Virus record (IMG/VR): IMGVR_UViG_3300028388_004772
Location: 32,001 to 96,000 of that record
DNA from: a virus
Direction: 5' to 3' (one strand)
DNA: 64,000 nt
A model generated the notes under the pieces. It made no database searches, was not told the DNA's origin, and saw nothing but the letters and a program-made list of their open reading frames with translations. The position numbers and the translations under genes are program-made. This document shows, piece by piece, positions 10,767-20,571 of the stretch (positions are counted from its first letter, which is position 1; each line of letters opens with the position of its first letter).

Positions 10767-11655
10767 TTAGCCCCTTGTAACCATTACAGCTATTTTCCAA
10801 ATCACGAACATATCTATAATGTTCTGTTAAACATCTTCCTTTGTATCGACAGCTCTGACATATAGGACTAAGGTTGTTTTTTTCCTTTTGTGTCCATTCA
10901 ATATATTCATCAAAACTTTTTAGCTCTAAAAAATATTCCTTATCATTAATATCAAACTCAAGAACACCAAAGTTTCCATCCGGCGTGATATAAACATGGT
11001 CATCTGAAAACGCGTTATATTGACCATCAATACTTTCAATAATTTTAGATTCATTGACAAAGTTAAACTTTTTGTCAACTCCAGATTGAATCCATTTTTT
11101 AACAAATTCTTCAAAGTCTCTGTGTGTTATATTATAGGAGTTGGCTTGATTAATACTATATGGTTTGATTTCAACTGATTCAATTGACCCGCATACATTT
11201 AACTGGCTAATCATGCTGTCAACATTCATCTGCAATACAGCAGGGGATGCTAAGACTAATACAGCAATAGGTTTAGGTGAGAACATCATGTTTTGAAAAA
11301 CAAGCTCGTTTTTTTCTCGTGCATTAAAGTCATAAGATACTGAAAGATATACATCTTCATCAAAAAAATAATTATGAATCATAGACATATTCGTAATAAT
11401 ATTAATCTCACCATCATAATACTTTCTAATTACATTTTTATAATTGTAAAACACTTCTGGCTTAAGTAGACCTATCTCCCCACCATACATATCCAAATAT
11501 TTTATTTCTGGTACTTCTGATAACCTTTGATCTAATTTTTCAAAAGATAAGCGCCGGCGATCAGACAGCTGTTCTTCAGTCAAGTAACAAAAAGAACATC
11601 TAAAGTTACAATGATAACTAGGATTTAGTGATAATGTGACTGCTTTCGTCGACAT
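10702..11655 (-). CDS. Radical SAM protein with Cys-rich (SPASM/twitch-like) C-terminus
   Basis: CNFRCSFC (CX3CX2C), YGGE, C-terminal CQSCRYKGRC...C. Confidence 0.9.
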   Translation of the reverse strand: MSTKAVTLSLNPSYHCNFRCSFCYLTEEQLSDRRRLSFEKLDQRLSEVPEIKYLDMYGGEIGLLKPEVFYNYKNVIRKYYDGEINIITNMSMIHNYFFDEDVYLSVSYDFNAREKNELVFQNMMFSPKPIAVLVLASPAVLQMNVDSMISQLNVCGSIESVEIKPYSINQANSYNITHRDFEEFVKKWIQSGVDKKFNFVNESKIIESIDGQYNAFSDDHVYITPDGNFGVLEFDINDKEYFLELKSFDEYIEWTQKEKNNLSPICQSCRYKGRCLTEHYRYVRDLENSCNGYKGLIEWYEVMENQTRDISSSKQRL

Positions 11656-12667
11656 ATGGGGTCACCTCAAGGTTCAGTCCATTGGCTTCTATAATAGATG
11701 GGGCAATAGATTTCATAAGTTTACAATGGTCTTCTACCATATTATGTAGCTTCTGATCCTTAATTGTCTTCTTACAACCATTACAGATCTGAAACATAGG
11801 ACAGGAATAACATGCTTGCTTCATTGAATTAAGATACAAGTCATCTCGCAGAGGATGAAACATCTCCCCATTCATCTCTTGTTCAAAGTTAATGGCTTTC
11901 TCTCTATCATCTCCAAACGCCCCGCATGAATAGTAATCACCTTCTGGCTGTAGGGTTCGAATACCTGAATCACAATCCCTATTCTGAGGACAGACGGTCT
12001 GTTCGCCTCTGAGTCTCCTGACCATCTGTTGAGTATTATGTTCCCAATCTGTCAGACCAGCCTTCCAGATCTCAACATACTTTTCATAAATCTTTGCAAG
12101 CATATAAGGTTCTGATTGAACACCAGAGGCCATTGCATAGTTGACCTTACACACCACACCCATCTTTTTAGCGAGCTCGACAGTTTTTAACACGGTGTCT
12201 TCATTGTCCTCTGTAATCACTGCGATGAATGAAGGACGATAACCAACCTTGTCCAACATCATATCAGAAACAGCCCAGAAGTCATCTTCTGTGAATACGG
12301 TATAGTCACCTTTGAGTCTTCCGTCTCCATATTGAAAAGATGTAGCGATTCCGACACGTGGATGTCTGAATAAATCTAACCACTTGCTCGGTTTCTTATA
12401 GAATGGCCACAGATTAGTAGTCAGTGAAATAGAGGTATCATAGCCTCTTTCATCTAAAAAATCAATGATTTTCCAATAATAACTTGGATCGATCATTAGC
12501 GGATCGCCACCATTGACGATGATGGTGTTTGTATTTGGATACCGATCAAGAAATCTGTACACGTGCTCTAGATCAAGCTCAGCTGCTTTATCTTCAACGA
12601 TATCTGTCGAGGAACAGAATGTGCATTTAAAATTACACAGCTCAGTTGGTTTAATAATTAAGTCCAT
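11618..12667 (-). CDS. Radical SAM/SPASM protein
   Basis: IIKPTELCNFKCTFC, NGGDPL, CPQNRDC...YSC...CYSCPMFQICNGC...HC. Confidence 0.92.
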   Translation of the reverse strand: MDLIIKPTELCNFKCTFCSSTDIVEDKAAELDLEHVYRFLDRYPNTNTIIVNGGDPLMIDPSYYWKIIDFLDERGYDTSISLTTNLWPFYKKPSKWLDLFRHPRVGIATSFQYGDGRLKGDYTVFTEDDFWAVSDMMLDKVGYRPSFIAVITEDNEDTVLKTVELAKKMGVVCKVNYAMASGVQSEPYMLAKIYEKYVEIWKAGLTDWEHNTQQMVRRLRGEQTVCPQNRDCDSGIRTLQPEGDYYSCGAFGDDREKAINFEQEMNGEMFHPLRDDLYLNSMKQACYSCPMFQICNGCKKTIKDQKLHNMVEDHCKLMKSIAPSIIEANGLNLEVTPYVDESSHIITKS

Positions 12668-13118
12668 CTACCTTATACGCCAAATTAATAGCAACCCTTA
12701 CTTGATCTGTAGGATTTACTCTGTGTTTAACATGCGATGCTTGGCTAAGCATAACTAGTAAATGTTTTTTAGGCTGAACACACCCGACGACGCTATCATT
12801 ACACTGTATCATCAACTCTCCACCGTGGTCAACAGTAGTGAGATAATACAGAAAAAACGTGTTGTATCCCTCAACTAGATCATTATGCCATTCCATAGTC
12901 GAATGTTCTGATCCTACAAACATAGAGTATGTGTAGTCAGAATAACCTGGGAAATACGGAGCAATATAAGAGCTACCGACATAGCTACTCATATCGTTAA
13001 GATTAACATCAATCATACTAAATGAATTAGACTGCGGCATGTCGTATTGAGGTATCATTTTCTCAATACTTCTGTCTTCAAATGTCACAAATCCATGAGT
13101 AAAAAAGTTATCAATCAT
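12651..13118 (-). CDS. 2OG-Fe(II) oxygenase
   Basis: WHND...YYL...GGEL...HRV...RVAI (HxD...H...R). Confidence 0.8.
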   Translation of the reverse strand: MIDNFFTHGFVTFEDRSIEKMIPQYDMPQSNSFSMIDVNLNDMSSYVGSSYIAPYFPGYSDYTYSMFVGSEHSTMEWHNDLVEGYNTFFLYYLTTVDHGGELMIQCNDSVVGCVQPKKHLLVMLSQASHVKHRVNPTDQVRVAINLAYKVDGLNY

Positions 13119-13133
13119 ATAGTAAAGTAATTT

Positions 13134-13664
13134 TTATCTACCTAAACCAGGAATAAAAAATTCAAAAGTTAACATACGGCGTTCTCCACCTTTATGAGTT
13201 GCTTTATGTTTAAACGCGTGTGTTTGATTTACCCATACGAATTGGTTTGGTTTGTGCGAAATACTAAATTCTTCAAAACCATTAGAAAAATCGATTGTAT
13301 TTCCGTATGGGTCTCCATCGTCTAAATAAATTAAAAAATTAGTATTCAAAGGTCTTTTGACTTCTTCGTAATCGCTATGCCACAGTGAAGACTTGTAGTC
13401 AACGCCAGACCACATACCATTAGTTATAAATTCAAATTCATTCGACACTTGCTTAATGTATTTTTCTGCAACGACTTCTGTAATTTTATCTAATAGTTCT
13501 TGAGATTCTGGAGCATAGACCATTTCTTCTTTCAAGTCTCGCTCTTTGTCTTCGCTTACACAAGTTGGAAACTCGTGTCCTTCGAATAAAGATACAACAT
13601 CCATACAAAATTGATCAGAATAGTATCCTTTTACAAAAAAATCTGTTAATTCTTGCTTTTCCAT
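13134..13664 (-). CDS. 2OG-Fe(II) oxygenase
   Basis: WHSD...LIYLDD...HKATH..GERRML. Confidence 0.75.
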   Translation of the reverse strand: MEKQELTDFFVKGYYSDQFCMDVVSLFEGHEFPTCVSEDKERDLKEEMVYAPESQELLDKITEVVAEKYIKQVSNEFEFITNGMWSGVDYKSSLWHSDYEEVKRPLNTNFLIYLDDGDPYGNTIDFSNGFEEFSISHKPNQFVWVNQTHAFKHKATHKGGERRMLTFEFFIPGLGR

Positions 13665-13690
13665 TATTGATTATCCTGCTGTAATCTATG

Positions 13691-13698
13691 TGTTTATA
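13691..13698 (-). promoter_or_regulatory. Possible variant late promoter TATAAACA inside the enzyme cluster
   Basis: One mismatch to TATAAATA, in the largest intergenic gap of the cluster, followed by AGGA SD and ATG at 13664. Confidence 0.5.
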
Positions 13699-13705
13699 TA
13701 TGCTA

Positions 13706-14194
13706 TTAAGACCAACCAACACTCAATGTCTTTCTTGGTACTGATCCAAAGTATGGACATATCTTGTGTAAAAGAGACGCGTCAAAAGTCACAATTGTTC
13801 CTTTCTCAGGTTGAATTCTAATTTTGTTATTGGGAAAATTAAATAAGTTGTGATTAAAATATATGTCAAGTTCTCCACCAACCCATTTACTAGTATCATA
13901 GTCGAGAAATAATAAAGTTATCCACTCAGCCTCGTTTTTGTCGTCATGTAACTCCCACAATATACAATCTCGCGAATTTTTATCATAAGTTGGAACACTA
14001 ATAGTATGCGCAAGCACTGGATCCATTAATTTATGAGTTAACCCATATACTTCAGCTTGCAACAATTTTAAAATATAGTGATCACTGAGCTTTTGTAAAA
14101 CGTTATGCCCTTCTCCTTCTTTGAAAGGAAGACATAGTATATCGTCGAGCATCTGCTGAGGTATTGCTTTATGTGATATATTATATTTTTGCAT
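13706..14194 (-). CDS. 2OG-Fe(II) oxygenase (prolyl-hydroxylase-like)
   Basis: LHDD...WVGGELD...GTIVTFD..LLHKI...RKTLSVGW. Confidence 0.8.
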   Translation of the reverse strand: MQKYNISHKAIPQQMLDDILCLPFKEGEGHNVLQKLSDHYILKLLQAEVYGLTHKLMDPVLAHTISVPTYDKNSRDCILWELHDDKNEAEWITLLFLDYDTSKWVGGELDIYFNHNLFNFPNNKIRIQPEKGTIVTFDASLLHKICPYFGSVPRKTLSVGWS

Positions 14195-15749
14195 CGATAT
14201 AATTCTCTAGAATGTCTCGGTTTTCATTCAATATCTTTTGTCCTCTATATTGAATATTGTCACCATTAGGTAAAGTATCCATACTAAATCGATTCTGAGA
14301 TAATAGCGAAGATTTAAGAATAGTGCATAGTGCTATAAATTCTGGAAGTTGATTAAGCCCATTCCATAATGCTTTAATATATGGCGATATTTTTTTAAAA
14401 GACATATACTTGGCCATCCATGTTTTGTCTAATCCTTTACATATCTTATTCATTAGAGTCATTTCAATATAATCGTCTATTGAATACGAATAACATTCGA
14501 CTATTGTTTCATATTCAAGTTTAAGATCTTTATAGATCGTATTATCTAAATCGTCTTGGTGGCCAAAGTTAGGATCCATCTCGTTTGTAACAACGATGGT
14601 CTTGATACCATACTTGTTTTTATACTCTGGGTCTGCCGCTTCTGTAGCTGGCAATATCATATACGGATATCTATTATCGTCCCAATAATTTAGATGATGA
14701 TAAAGATCATATTCTTCGTAAAAATCGCTAATAGTTGAGCCAGGCATTCCCATAATTAACTCAAGATCTATGTAGAAATCTGATGGATCTGTCGCTTCAT
14801 TTTGTATCTCCCGAGCTCTATCTAAGACGTAATATATCTGATCTTTTTTAATATCAATTCGTTTAGCCACTTCTCTGGCTTCGTCTGATATAGACTGAAT
14901 ACTAATCGATATTTGTCTTTTAGACATACCCAATTGAACCATACGTCTTAGTATGTCCAACTTTCTCTCAATATCGAGTGTTTTTAATATTGACAATGAA
15001 TCTCCAACACTCAAATTATATTTTGCAAACAAAGATATTACTTCAAAATCTCTTTCTTTAAACATCCCAGTGTTTGCGTCAGTAAGATCTACGTACATTA
15101 ATTCAAACTGACTTAAGTACCGAAGCTCATCTTCAAATATATTTAAAGGCTTTTTAATTACCTTTATTCCTGTACCACCACCCCATTCGCAATAAGTGCA
15201 CTTAAAAGGGCATCCTCTAGTAGTCTCACCTGAAATTATGATCCGTTCAAAGATGTCAAGGTTTTCTTTAAAATAATAAAAGACTTTTCGAAAATAAGAG
15301 TCGCATCTTTTATATACATTTGTATAGCCGTAAACAAAATTAGTTTTTTTTGGAAGCGAAGGATCAATATAGCGATCAATATAGTTTGTTATAAACAACT
15401 CCCCATATGTTAATGGGTCTGCAGCTACAGTATAGTTTTTAACTATGTCAGAATTGAGATGAGGTCCACCGACTACTGTGATCACATTAGGATCAAGTTG
15501 AGATCTAATATTTTCATTAATTGAATAGTTCCACACATAGTTGCAGAACAACACAATATCGCAGTCTCTTAGATTATCAAGAATCATGTCATAAGTCATA
15601 TGATCCCATTGGTATACTGGTTCGACCCATTCAACTCTATCGTTAAATGCACCATGATCTTCATAGTATGTTTTAAACAACATCCAACTATAATTGAACT
15701 CACTTCGAGAAGCATTACTTGCTGGATTTATGTAGCCGATTTTTAGCAT
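14181..15749 (-). CDS. Cobalamin-binding-type radical SAM protein (class B methyltransferase-like)
   Basis: N-terminal FCNYVWN...VVGGPH domain, ETTRGCPFKCTYCEWG, DAN.G, ELIMGMPG.T. Confidence 0.85.
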   Translation of the reverse strand: MLKIGYINPASNASRSEFNYSWMLFKTYYEDHGAFNDRVEWVEPVYQWDHMTYDMILDNLRDCDIVLFCNYVWNYSINENIRSQLDPNVITVVGGPHLNSDIVKNYTVAADPLTYGELFITNYIDRYIDPSLPKKTNFVYGYTNVYKRCDSYFRKVFYYFKENLDIFERIIISGETTRGCPFKCTYCEWGGGTGIKVIKKPLNIFEDELRYLSQFELMYVDLTDANTGMFKERDFEVISLFAKYNLSVGDSLSILKTLDIERKLDILRRMVQLGMSKRQISISIQSISDEAREVAKRIDIKKDQIYYVLDRAREIQNEATDPSDFYIDLELIMGMPGSTISDFYEEYDLYHHLNYWDDNRYPYMILPATEAADPEYKNKYGIKTIVVTNEMDPNFGHQDDLDNTIYKDLKLEYETIVECYSYSIDDYIEMTLMNKICKGLDKTWMAKYMSFKKISPYIKALWNGLNQLPEFIALCTILKSSLLSQNRFSMDTLPNGDNIQYRGQKILNENRDILENYIDAKI

Positions 15750-16261
15750 TTTATTCTAAACACTCTACCGTTCTCAACAACCTTAGGCCCATCATATACC
15801 GAAGACGCGTAGGGGGATTCCATAATATTTGTATTTAATTCTTTAGCTCTTTCTCGCATTGTTTCTACAGTTGGAATCAAATCACCTTTTTTACAAAATG
15901 TGTCAATGAGTAGTTTATACATTACTTTTTGCTCTTTGCGGCTAAAGTAATGTATAAAATTGCCATTGATTTGAATGTTGTTAACTATATTGCCTTCAAA
16001 ACTAATCCACATAATCTCAAGTTCGTCAAGATGTGTTTTTGGCAAACCATTAAATTTTTCAGTTTTTTCTTCAATCGCATTTGTAATATTCTTGTCGCTG
16101 AAAAAACGATCATGAATTGGGAGAGAACAGATGTAAATTTTATTAATTGGTGTTTTAAAATATATGCATGGCGGCACGCCCTGTGGTATATAATCAAAAC
16201 ACACTTCTGTGACTGTGTACGGAAACTTTATTCCGTTTTCAATATCTGTTTGTGAAAACAT
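15743..16261 (-). CDS. Hypothetical protein in the radical SAM cluster
   Basis: Tightly coupled to both neighbours; no motif recognised. Confidence 0.65.
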   Translation of the reverse strand: MFSQTDIENGIKFPYTVTEVCFDYIPQGVPPCIYFKTPINKIYICSLPIHDRFFSDKNITNAIEEKTEKFNGLPKTHLDELEIMWISFEGNIVNNIQINGNFIHYFSRKEQKVMYKLLIDTFCKKGDLIPTVETMRERAKELNTNIMESPYASSVYDGPKVVENGRVFRIKC

Positions 16262-16262
16262 A

Positions 16263-17279
16263 TTATGCTCGAGCTATAATGCCACTTGCTGCATCAATGT
16301 ATCTGAATGTTTCTTTATAGACGCACTCTTCCATTTCTTGTCTATATCTATAATCGTGTTGCATAAAGCAGCCTAGTGTGCACCGATTAAAATATTCACA
16401 CGTAAGACATCCATACTTTTCCATGAAACTTTCTTCGATGGGTGAGTTATCCATTGGTTGTATGTCATGATCATACATCACTTTGTCTTCAGGCGATTGT
16501 ACAAGGTTACCACACATACACATTGTATTATCTTCTAATATAAGCTTACTGCTTCTGCAACTAATGTAGTTCGTTTGCCTTTCAATCCACTCAGCAATAG
16601 GGCTAAGTTTAGGGTAGTTGTTTATAAAGTATTTGAATACAGCATATAGCTCATGATCAGTTGGTGCTTGGTGGTGTGCTGTTTTGTCTGGCATGTAGTA
16701 GTCAGCGTACAGATAGAATCCATCTCTATAGAATTGATCTAAGTTTTTATCTCCTTTAAGAAATGCTTTGATGTTCTGTTTAGTCAACAAAAGACCAATA
16801 CCATCCAAATGCTCTTGAAAGTAGTATAAGTTTTTCTTGAACAATGCTAAGTCTTTTTTATTGAATCTACCAGAGGGATCGTAGCTAGTAAAAAGAGTAG
16901 AAGGAATTGCTTTTAATAGAGTTTCTATTAGGTCAATTTTAGTTGTGACGAGATTTGTTACCCAATTGACAGACGTATTAATGTTATATTTCTCACCAAG
17001 GTCAAAAATCCCTTGAGCAAGTTTTATATAATCTTGGTTGAGCTTTTCATTATAGATTGAGTCAGCGAATATTTCTCCACCCATAATATTAAAAACTACA
17101 GATGATTTTTTCTCTTCTAGAAGAAACTGCTCAATTGGCTCAAGCTTTTCAAGAACCGTATCGATCCCTGTCAGATTACCATGATCTTGCCAACAAAACG
17201 AGCAAGAGAGATTACAAAACTCAAAAAGATGAATGGTGTACTCTTGTTGGTGATCTCTCTTTGCATCTAATAAAATCAT
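16263..17279 (-). CDS. Radical SAM/SPASM protein
   Basis: CNLSCSFC, MGGE, C-terminal C...CMC...CLTCEYFNRCTLGC...EC. Confidence 0.9.
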   Translation of the reverse strand: MILLDAKRDHQQEYTIHLFEFCNLSCSFCWQDHGNLTGIDTVLEKLEPIEQFLLEEKKSSVVFNIMGGEIFADSIYNEKLNQDYIKLAQGIFDLGEKYNINTSVNWVTNLVTTKIDLIETLLKAIPSTLFTSYDPSGRFNKKDLALFKKNLYYFQEHLDGIGLLLTKQNIKAFLKGDKNLDQFYRDGFYLYADYYMPDKTAHHQAPTDHELYAVFKYFINNYPKLSPIAEWIERQTNYISCRSSKLILEDNTMCMCGNLVQSPEDKVMYDHDIQPMDNSPIEESFMEKYGCLTCEYFNRCTLGCFMQHDYRYRQEMEECVYKETFRYIDAASGIIARA

Positions 17280-18337
17280 CTCAAACTATAATTTTTCAGC
17301 TTCTCAGGATTTGTTCTATATAAAGTTCTGCAGTACGAAATAAAGATTGTATTGATCTTACCCATTCTACCTATATCGGTAGAACTAACATGAGTAGCAT
17401 CGGTCTTACATTCTAAAAACTCTTTGATCACCTTGTTCAGTTGAGTGTCGGTAAGCTCACCTTTCATGATTGAATTCAAATATGGAATCTCATCGTCAAG
17501 TGTTTTAAACATCGCGATTGAAGATTGTGCTGATCCAGTGTTTTCTAATTTTGAACAAACATCGATTGCTGCGTTTACTATTTTCTTCGCTTGAGTGTAG
17601 GTAAGCCCTTCTAGTGTAAACTTGCCGGCCGAGCCCGCTATGTAAGGACTCTTATTAACGTCCTCAAAGCTTTTATACGTGGATGATTCAAATATTTCTT
17701 TAAAGAAATTTAAAGACGAATAATTAGAAACATCTAATAATTCGCCTGTGTTGCCAAGAATCTTCTGTAGCTCATCATCTAGAATGTTTAACTCCATGTG
17801 TTGCATCAAACACATCAATCCGTCATCAATTTCTCTACGCATGAACGTAGCAAATGTTTTCTTAAGATTAGATTTGTATCGTGTGTCACCATTTACTTGA
17901 CTAGCAACCATAAATTCTAGCGAAGGAGTATATTGGTAACTTGACAGGTCCAGCTCCGGAGCTTCATCCCAATAATTAATAAGAAAATCTTTCATGCCTT
18001 CACATGATTCATTATACAATTCTCGGTGCTTTACGATACACTCAGCATATATCACCCAATCGTCAGCACTCATATTCGTAGCTGATTTATACCACGTGGC
18101 AGCGATCTTCGCAAATGATTCTATATCAGCATGAATAGCTCTCTTATCATTAGCCAACAGCATATGTAAAAATAAATTTTCTGCATCTTCAAAATCAAAT
18201 GATGGAGCAATGAATTGCTCCTCAGGTTTCAAATCTTCTTTAATAGTATCTGACCAATCAAAATATGCACCGCCAATCTTAGTGTTGTACAACACATCAG
18301 GTGTGTCTAAATAAATTCTATTAAACAGGTGTAGCAT
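17276..18337 (-). CDS. Hypothetical helical protein in the radical SAM cluster (start refined to MLHLFN)
   Basis: ATG at 18337 overlaps the upstream TGA (TGATG coupling). Confidence 0.7.
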   Translation of the reverse strand: MLHLFNRIYLDTPDVLYNTKIGGAYFDWSDTIKEDLKPEEQFIAPSFDFEDAENLFLHMLLANDKRAIHADIESFAKIAATWYKSATNMSADDWVIYAECIVKHRELYNESCEGMKDFLINYWDEAPELDLSSYQYTPSLEFMVASQVNGDTRYKSNLKKTFATFMRREIDDGLMCLMQHMELNILDDELQKILGNTGELLDVSNYSSLNFFKEIFESSTYKSFEDVNKSPYIAGSAGKFTLEGLTYTQAKKIVNAAIDVCSKLENTGSAQSSIAMFKTLDDEIPYLNSIMKGELTDTQLNKVIKEFLECKTDATHVSSTDIGRMGKINTIFISYCRTLYRTNPEKLKNYSLR

Positions 18338-18969
18338 CAGTTTGCCTCTTGTACTTCTTGAATATTGCCGGATGCAATTGCCCATGTAAGGAGAAACATT
18401 GGGTTATTCTCATTAGCCCAGTAAGAAAATAAATTATTTCCTTTAAACATGTAATCGTTAAAGTAACTTGAAAAATATGTAAGATTATTTGGATTTACTT
18501 TTTTGAACAACAAATAAAAATCTTTATTCTTAACCAAACTTATGAAGTTTATTCCTGTTAAATCTTTTGTATCATCTTCTGGAAATTGTTTAACCCAATT
18601 TTGCATTTCTTCAGAATTAACTGAATATATGTTAAAAAGAGTTAATGAATCGATTTTTCTTTCCCAAGATAACAATTCTTCTTTATTATCTACATCTTCA
18701 CCCATCTTTAATTTGCCTAACATAGCTATGACGACAGTTTCAAGAGACGGAATGTTTACTAACACTTGAGTTTTTAAATAATCCCCAACAAACTCTTGAT
18801 CAAAGTTAATTACATCACATGGAAGATCTAAATTACCTAAGTACGTTAATAATCTATCACCCCGTAACTCAGAATTTTGATAATCAATAATAAAGTATGT
18901 TTCTTTATCTTCAAAATACTTTTTCAAATCATCAATTGCAATTGGTGCAGTTGTATCAATAACATTCAT
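18337..18969 (-). CDS. Hypothetical protein directly downstream of the putative substrate
   Basis: TAATG coupling to the 199-aa gene; no motif recognised. Confidence 0.7.
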   Translation of the reverse strand: MNVIDTTAPIAIDDLKKYFEDKETYFIIDYQNSELRGDRLLTYLGNLDLPCDVINFDQEFVGDYLKTQVLVNIPSLETVVIAMLGKLKMGEDVDNKEELLSWERKIDSLTLFNIYSVNSEEMQNWVKQFPEDDTKDLTGINFISLVKNKDFYLLFKKVNPNNLTYFSSYFNDYMFKGNNLFSYWANENNPMFLLTWAIASGNIQEVQEAN

Positions 18970-19568
18970 TATCTTCTACCTCTTGAAGAGTGACACGAGG
19001 AGTGGCAGCTAGCGTGACAAACATTTCGTGTTAAAGTAATAGTGTTATCTCTTTCGCTGTTATATGCAGCTCTAAAATTACTAAAAAGAGTTTCCAAATT
19101 ATCATCGTCAATTATCTCGCCTGCGGAAACGCTAGCATTATCTGGATCGGTGATAGTTTGTAAATAATCATCTGATAAGTATGCAACTTGGGTTTGGTCA
19201 AACACAATACCAAACGTACCAATAGGTCCTTTGTCCGTATTCGATGTGCCAGATACTCCAGTAACGTTTAATCTAGCTCTAACTTTACGTATGGATGTAT
19301 ACCGATTTGTTTCTGTAACAAGTGCATTGTAAATTGCATTAGCATCTATCAATTCACTTCCGTCAGCTTTAATATCATCCCCATCAATGCTAATTGATTT
19401 TCCGTCTGAATTGCCACCCATAAATGCATCAGTAAGCACAGTAACACCTGAATACGTAGGATTTGTATTTGTAGCCCATACAATCCCACCATTTGCATGA
19501 TCCACTACAAATTCTTTGAATCGATTCACTATATTCTGGGCTGTGACTGGATTAGTTAATGTAGCCAT
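18969..19568 (-). CDS. Putative modified virion protein / RiPP-like precursor with C-terminal (Cys-His-Xaa-Ser)3-RGRR
   Basis: Ends VCHASCHSSCHSSRGRR; all three Cys of the protein lie in this tail; body is T/N/D/G-rich like virion proteins; sits among radical SAM genes. Confidence 0.75.
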   Translation of the reverse strand: MATLTNPVTAQNIVNRFKEFVVDHANGGIVWATNTNPTYSGVTVLTDAFMGGNSDGKSISIDGDDIKADGSELIDANAIYNALVTETNRYTSIRKVRARLNVTGVSGTSNTDKGPIGTFGIVFDQTQVAYLSDDYLQTITDPDNASVSAGEIIDDDNLETLFSNFRAAYNSERDNTITLTRNVCHASCHSSCHSSRGRR

Positions 19569-20571
19569 TTATTTCTTCATCCATCTTTATCATTAATAAC
19601 TTTGGAGCCGGACATACATCATCTTCCCATTCAAGCTGATGGCAGTCTCCTTTACAGTATTTATACATGTTACAGGTGTAACACCTTGGATCTCTTGTTA
19701 GCTCTTGGGCAATGATTTCACACCGTTTTGGCTTATTAAGCACATTTAACCCATCGTCAATATGTCCATACACTTCTTCAGGAGCAGCGTTTGGGCAACC
19801 TGATATAGACCCATCGGCATTAATTGTAAATAATTTCTGTTCACAATCACGACAAAAAGTACCAGCTGAGTTAAAATTGTCTTCGAACTTTGTATATATG
19901 TTTTCTAAAAAGTCATTTCTAAACCAAGCTCTTGCATCATAGCGTTTAGTTTGTTCATACATTTTTAAAAACCAGCGCTGGAGCTCCAGATTAGTAGGAA
20001 AAATTATTGGATTTTTTCTTGCTGATCCGTTTAAGGTTAATCTTTCGAGTGCTAATTCCTGCACTCCTAGTTTTTTTACAAATTTAAGAAGATCTATTGG
20101 TTCCATATCTATAACTGATCTACTAAGAGAAACAAACAATTTAATTGTATAACCGCGGTCAAGCAGCAATTTGATATTGTGTTCCCACAGATCGATTTGT
20201 TTTTTATTCTCAAATCGAATGTCTGAATCCCACGACGTTCCAATACGTTTATTTAACGCATTATCCATAAAGTCTAATTTATCATCAGTAAGCTTAAAAA
20301 CAAGATTTGTTGTAGCTCCGTAGCTAAATCCATTAGCTTTTGTGCGATGATAAAAATCCCACATGCTTTCTATAGAGGCGAGAAATGGTTCACCTCCATG
20401 AAACTCAAAATGGCCTGTCCTTCCACTTGTTAACAAATTGCACCAATCTGCAGTTTTTTTAGAATCAAAAAATATCTTTCTACCATTCTTTCCAGAAGTA
20501 AAGCAGTGACTACAATTAAGATTACACGTCTCAGTAGTTTTAATGTAAAACATCAGGTCATTTTTAATCAT
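19552..20571 (-). CDS. Radical SAM/SPASM protein
   Basis: YIKTTETCNLNCSHC, FHGGEP, CRDC...INADGSISGCP...CYTCNMYKYCKGDC...CP. Confidence 0.92.
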   Translation of the reverse strand: MIKNDLMFYIKTTETCNLNCSHCFTSGKNGRKIFFDSKKTADWCNLLTSGRTGHFEFHGGEPFLASIESMWDFYHRTKANGFSYGATTNLVFKLTDDKLDFMDNALNKRIGTSWDSDIRFENKKQIDLWEHNIKLLLDRGYTIKLFVSLSRSVIDMEPIDLLKFVKKLGVQELALERLTLNGSARKNPIIFPTNLELQRWFLKMYEQTKRYDARAWFRNDFLENIYTKFEDNFNSAGTFCRDCEQKLFTINADGSISGCPNAAPEEVYGHIDDGLNVLNKPKRCEIIAQELTRDPRCYTCNMYKYCKGDCHQLEWEDDVCPAPKLLMIKMDEEINGYIN

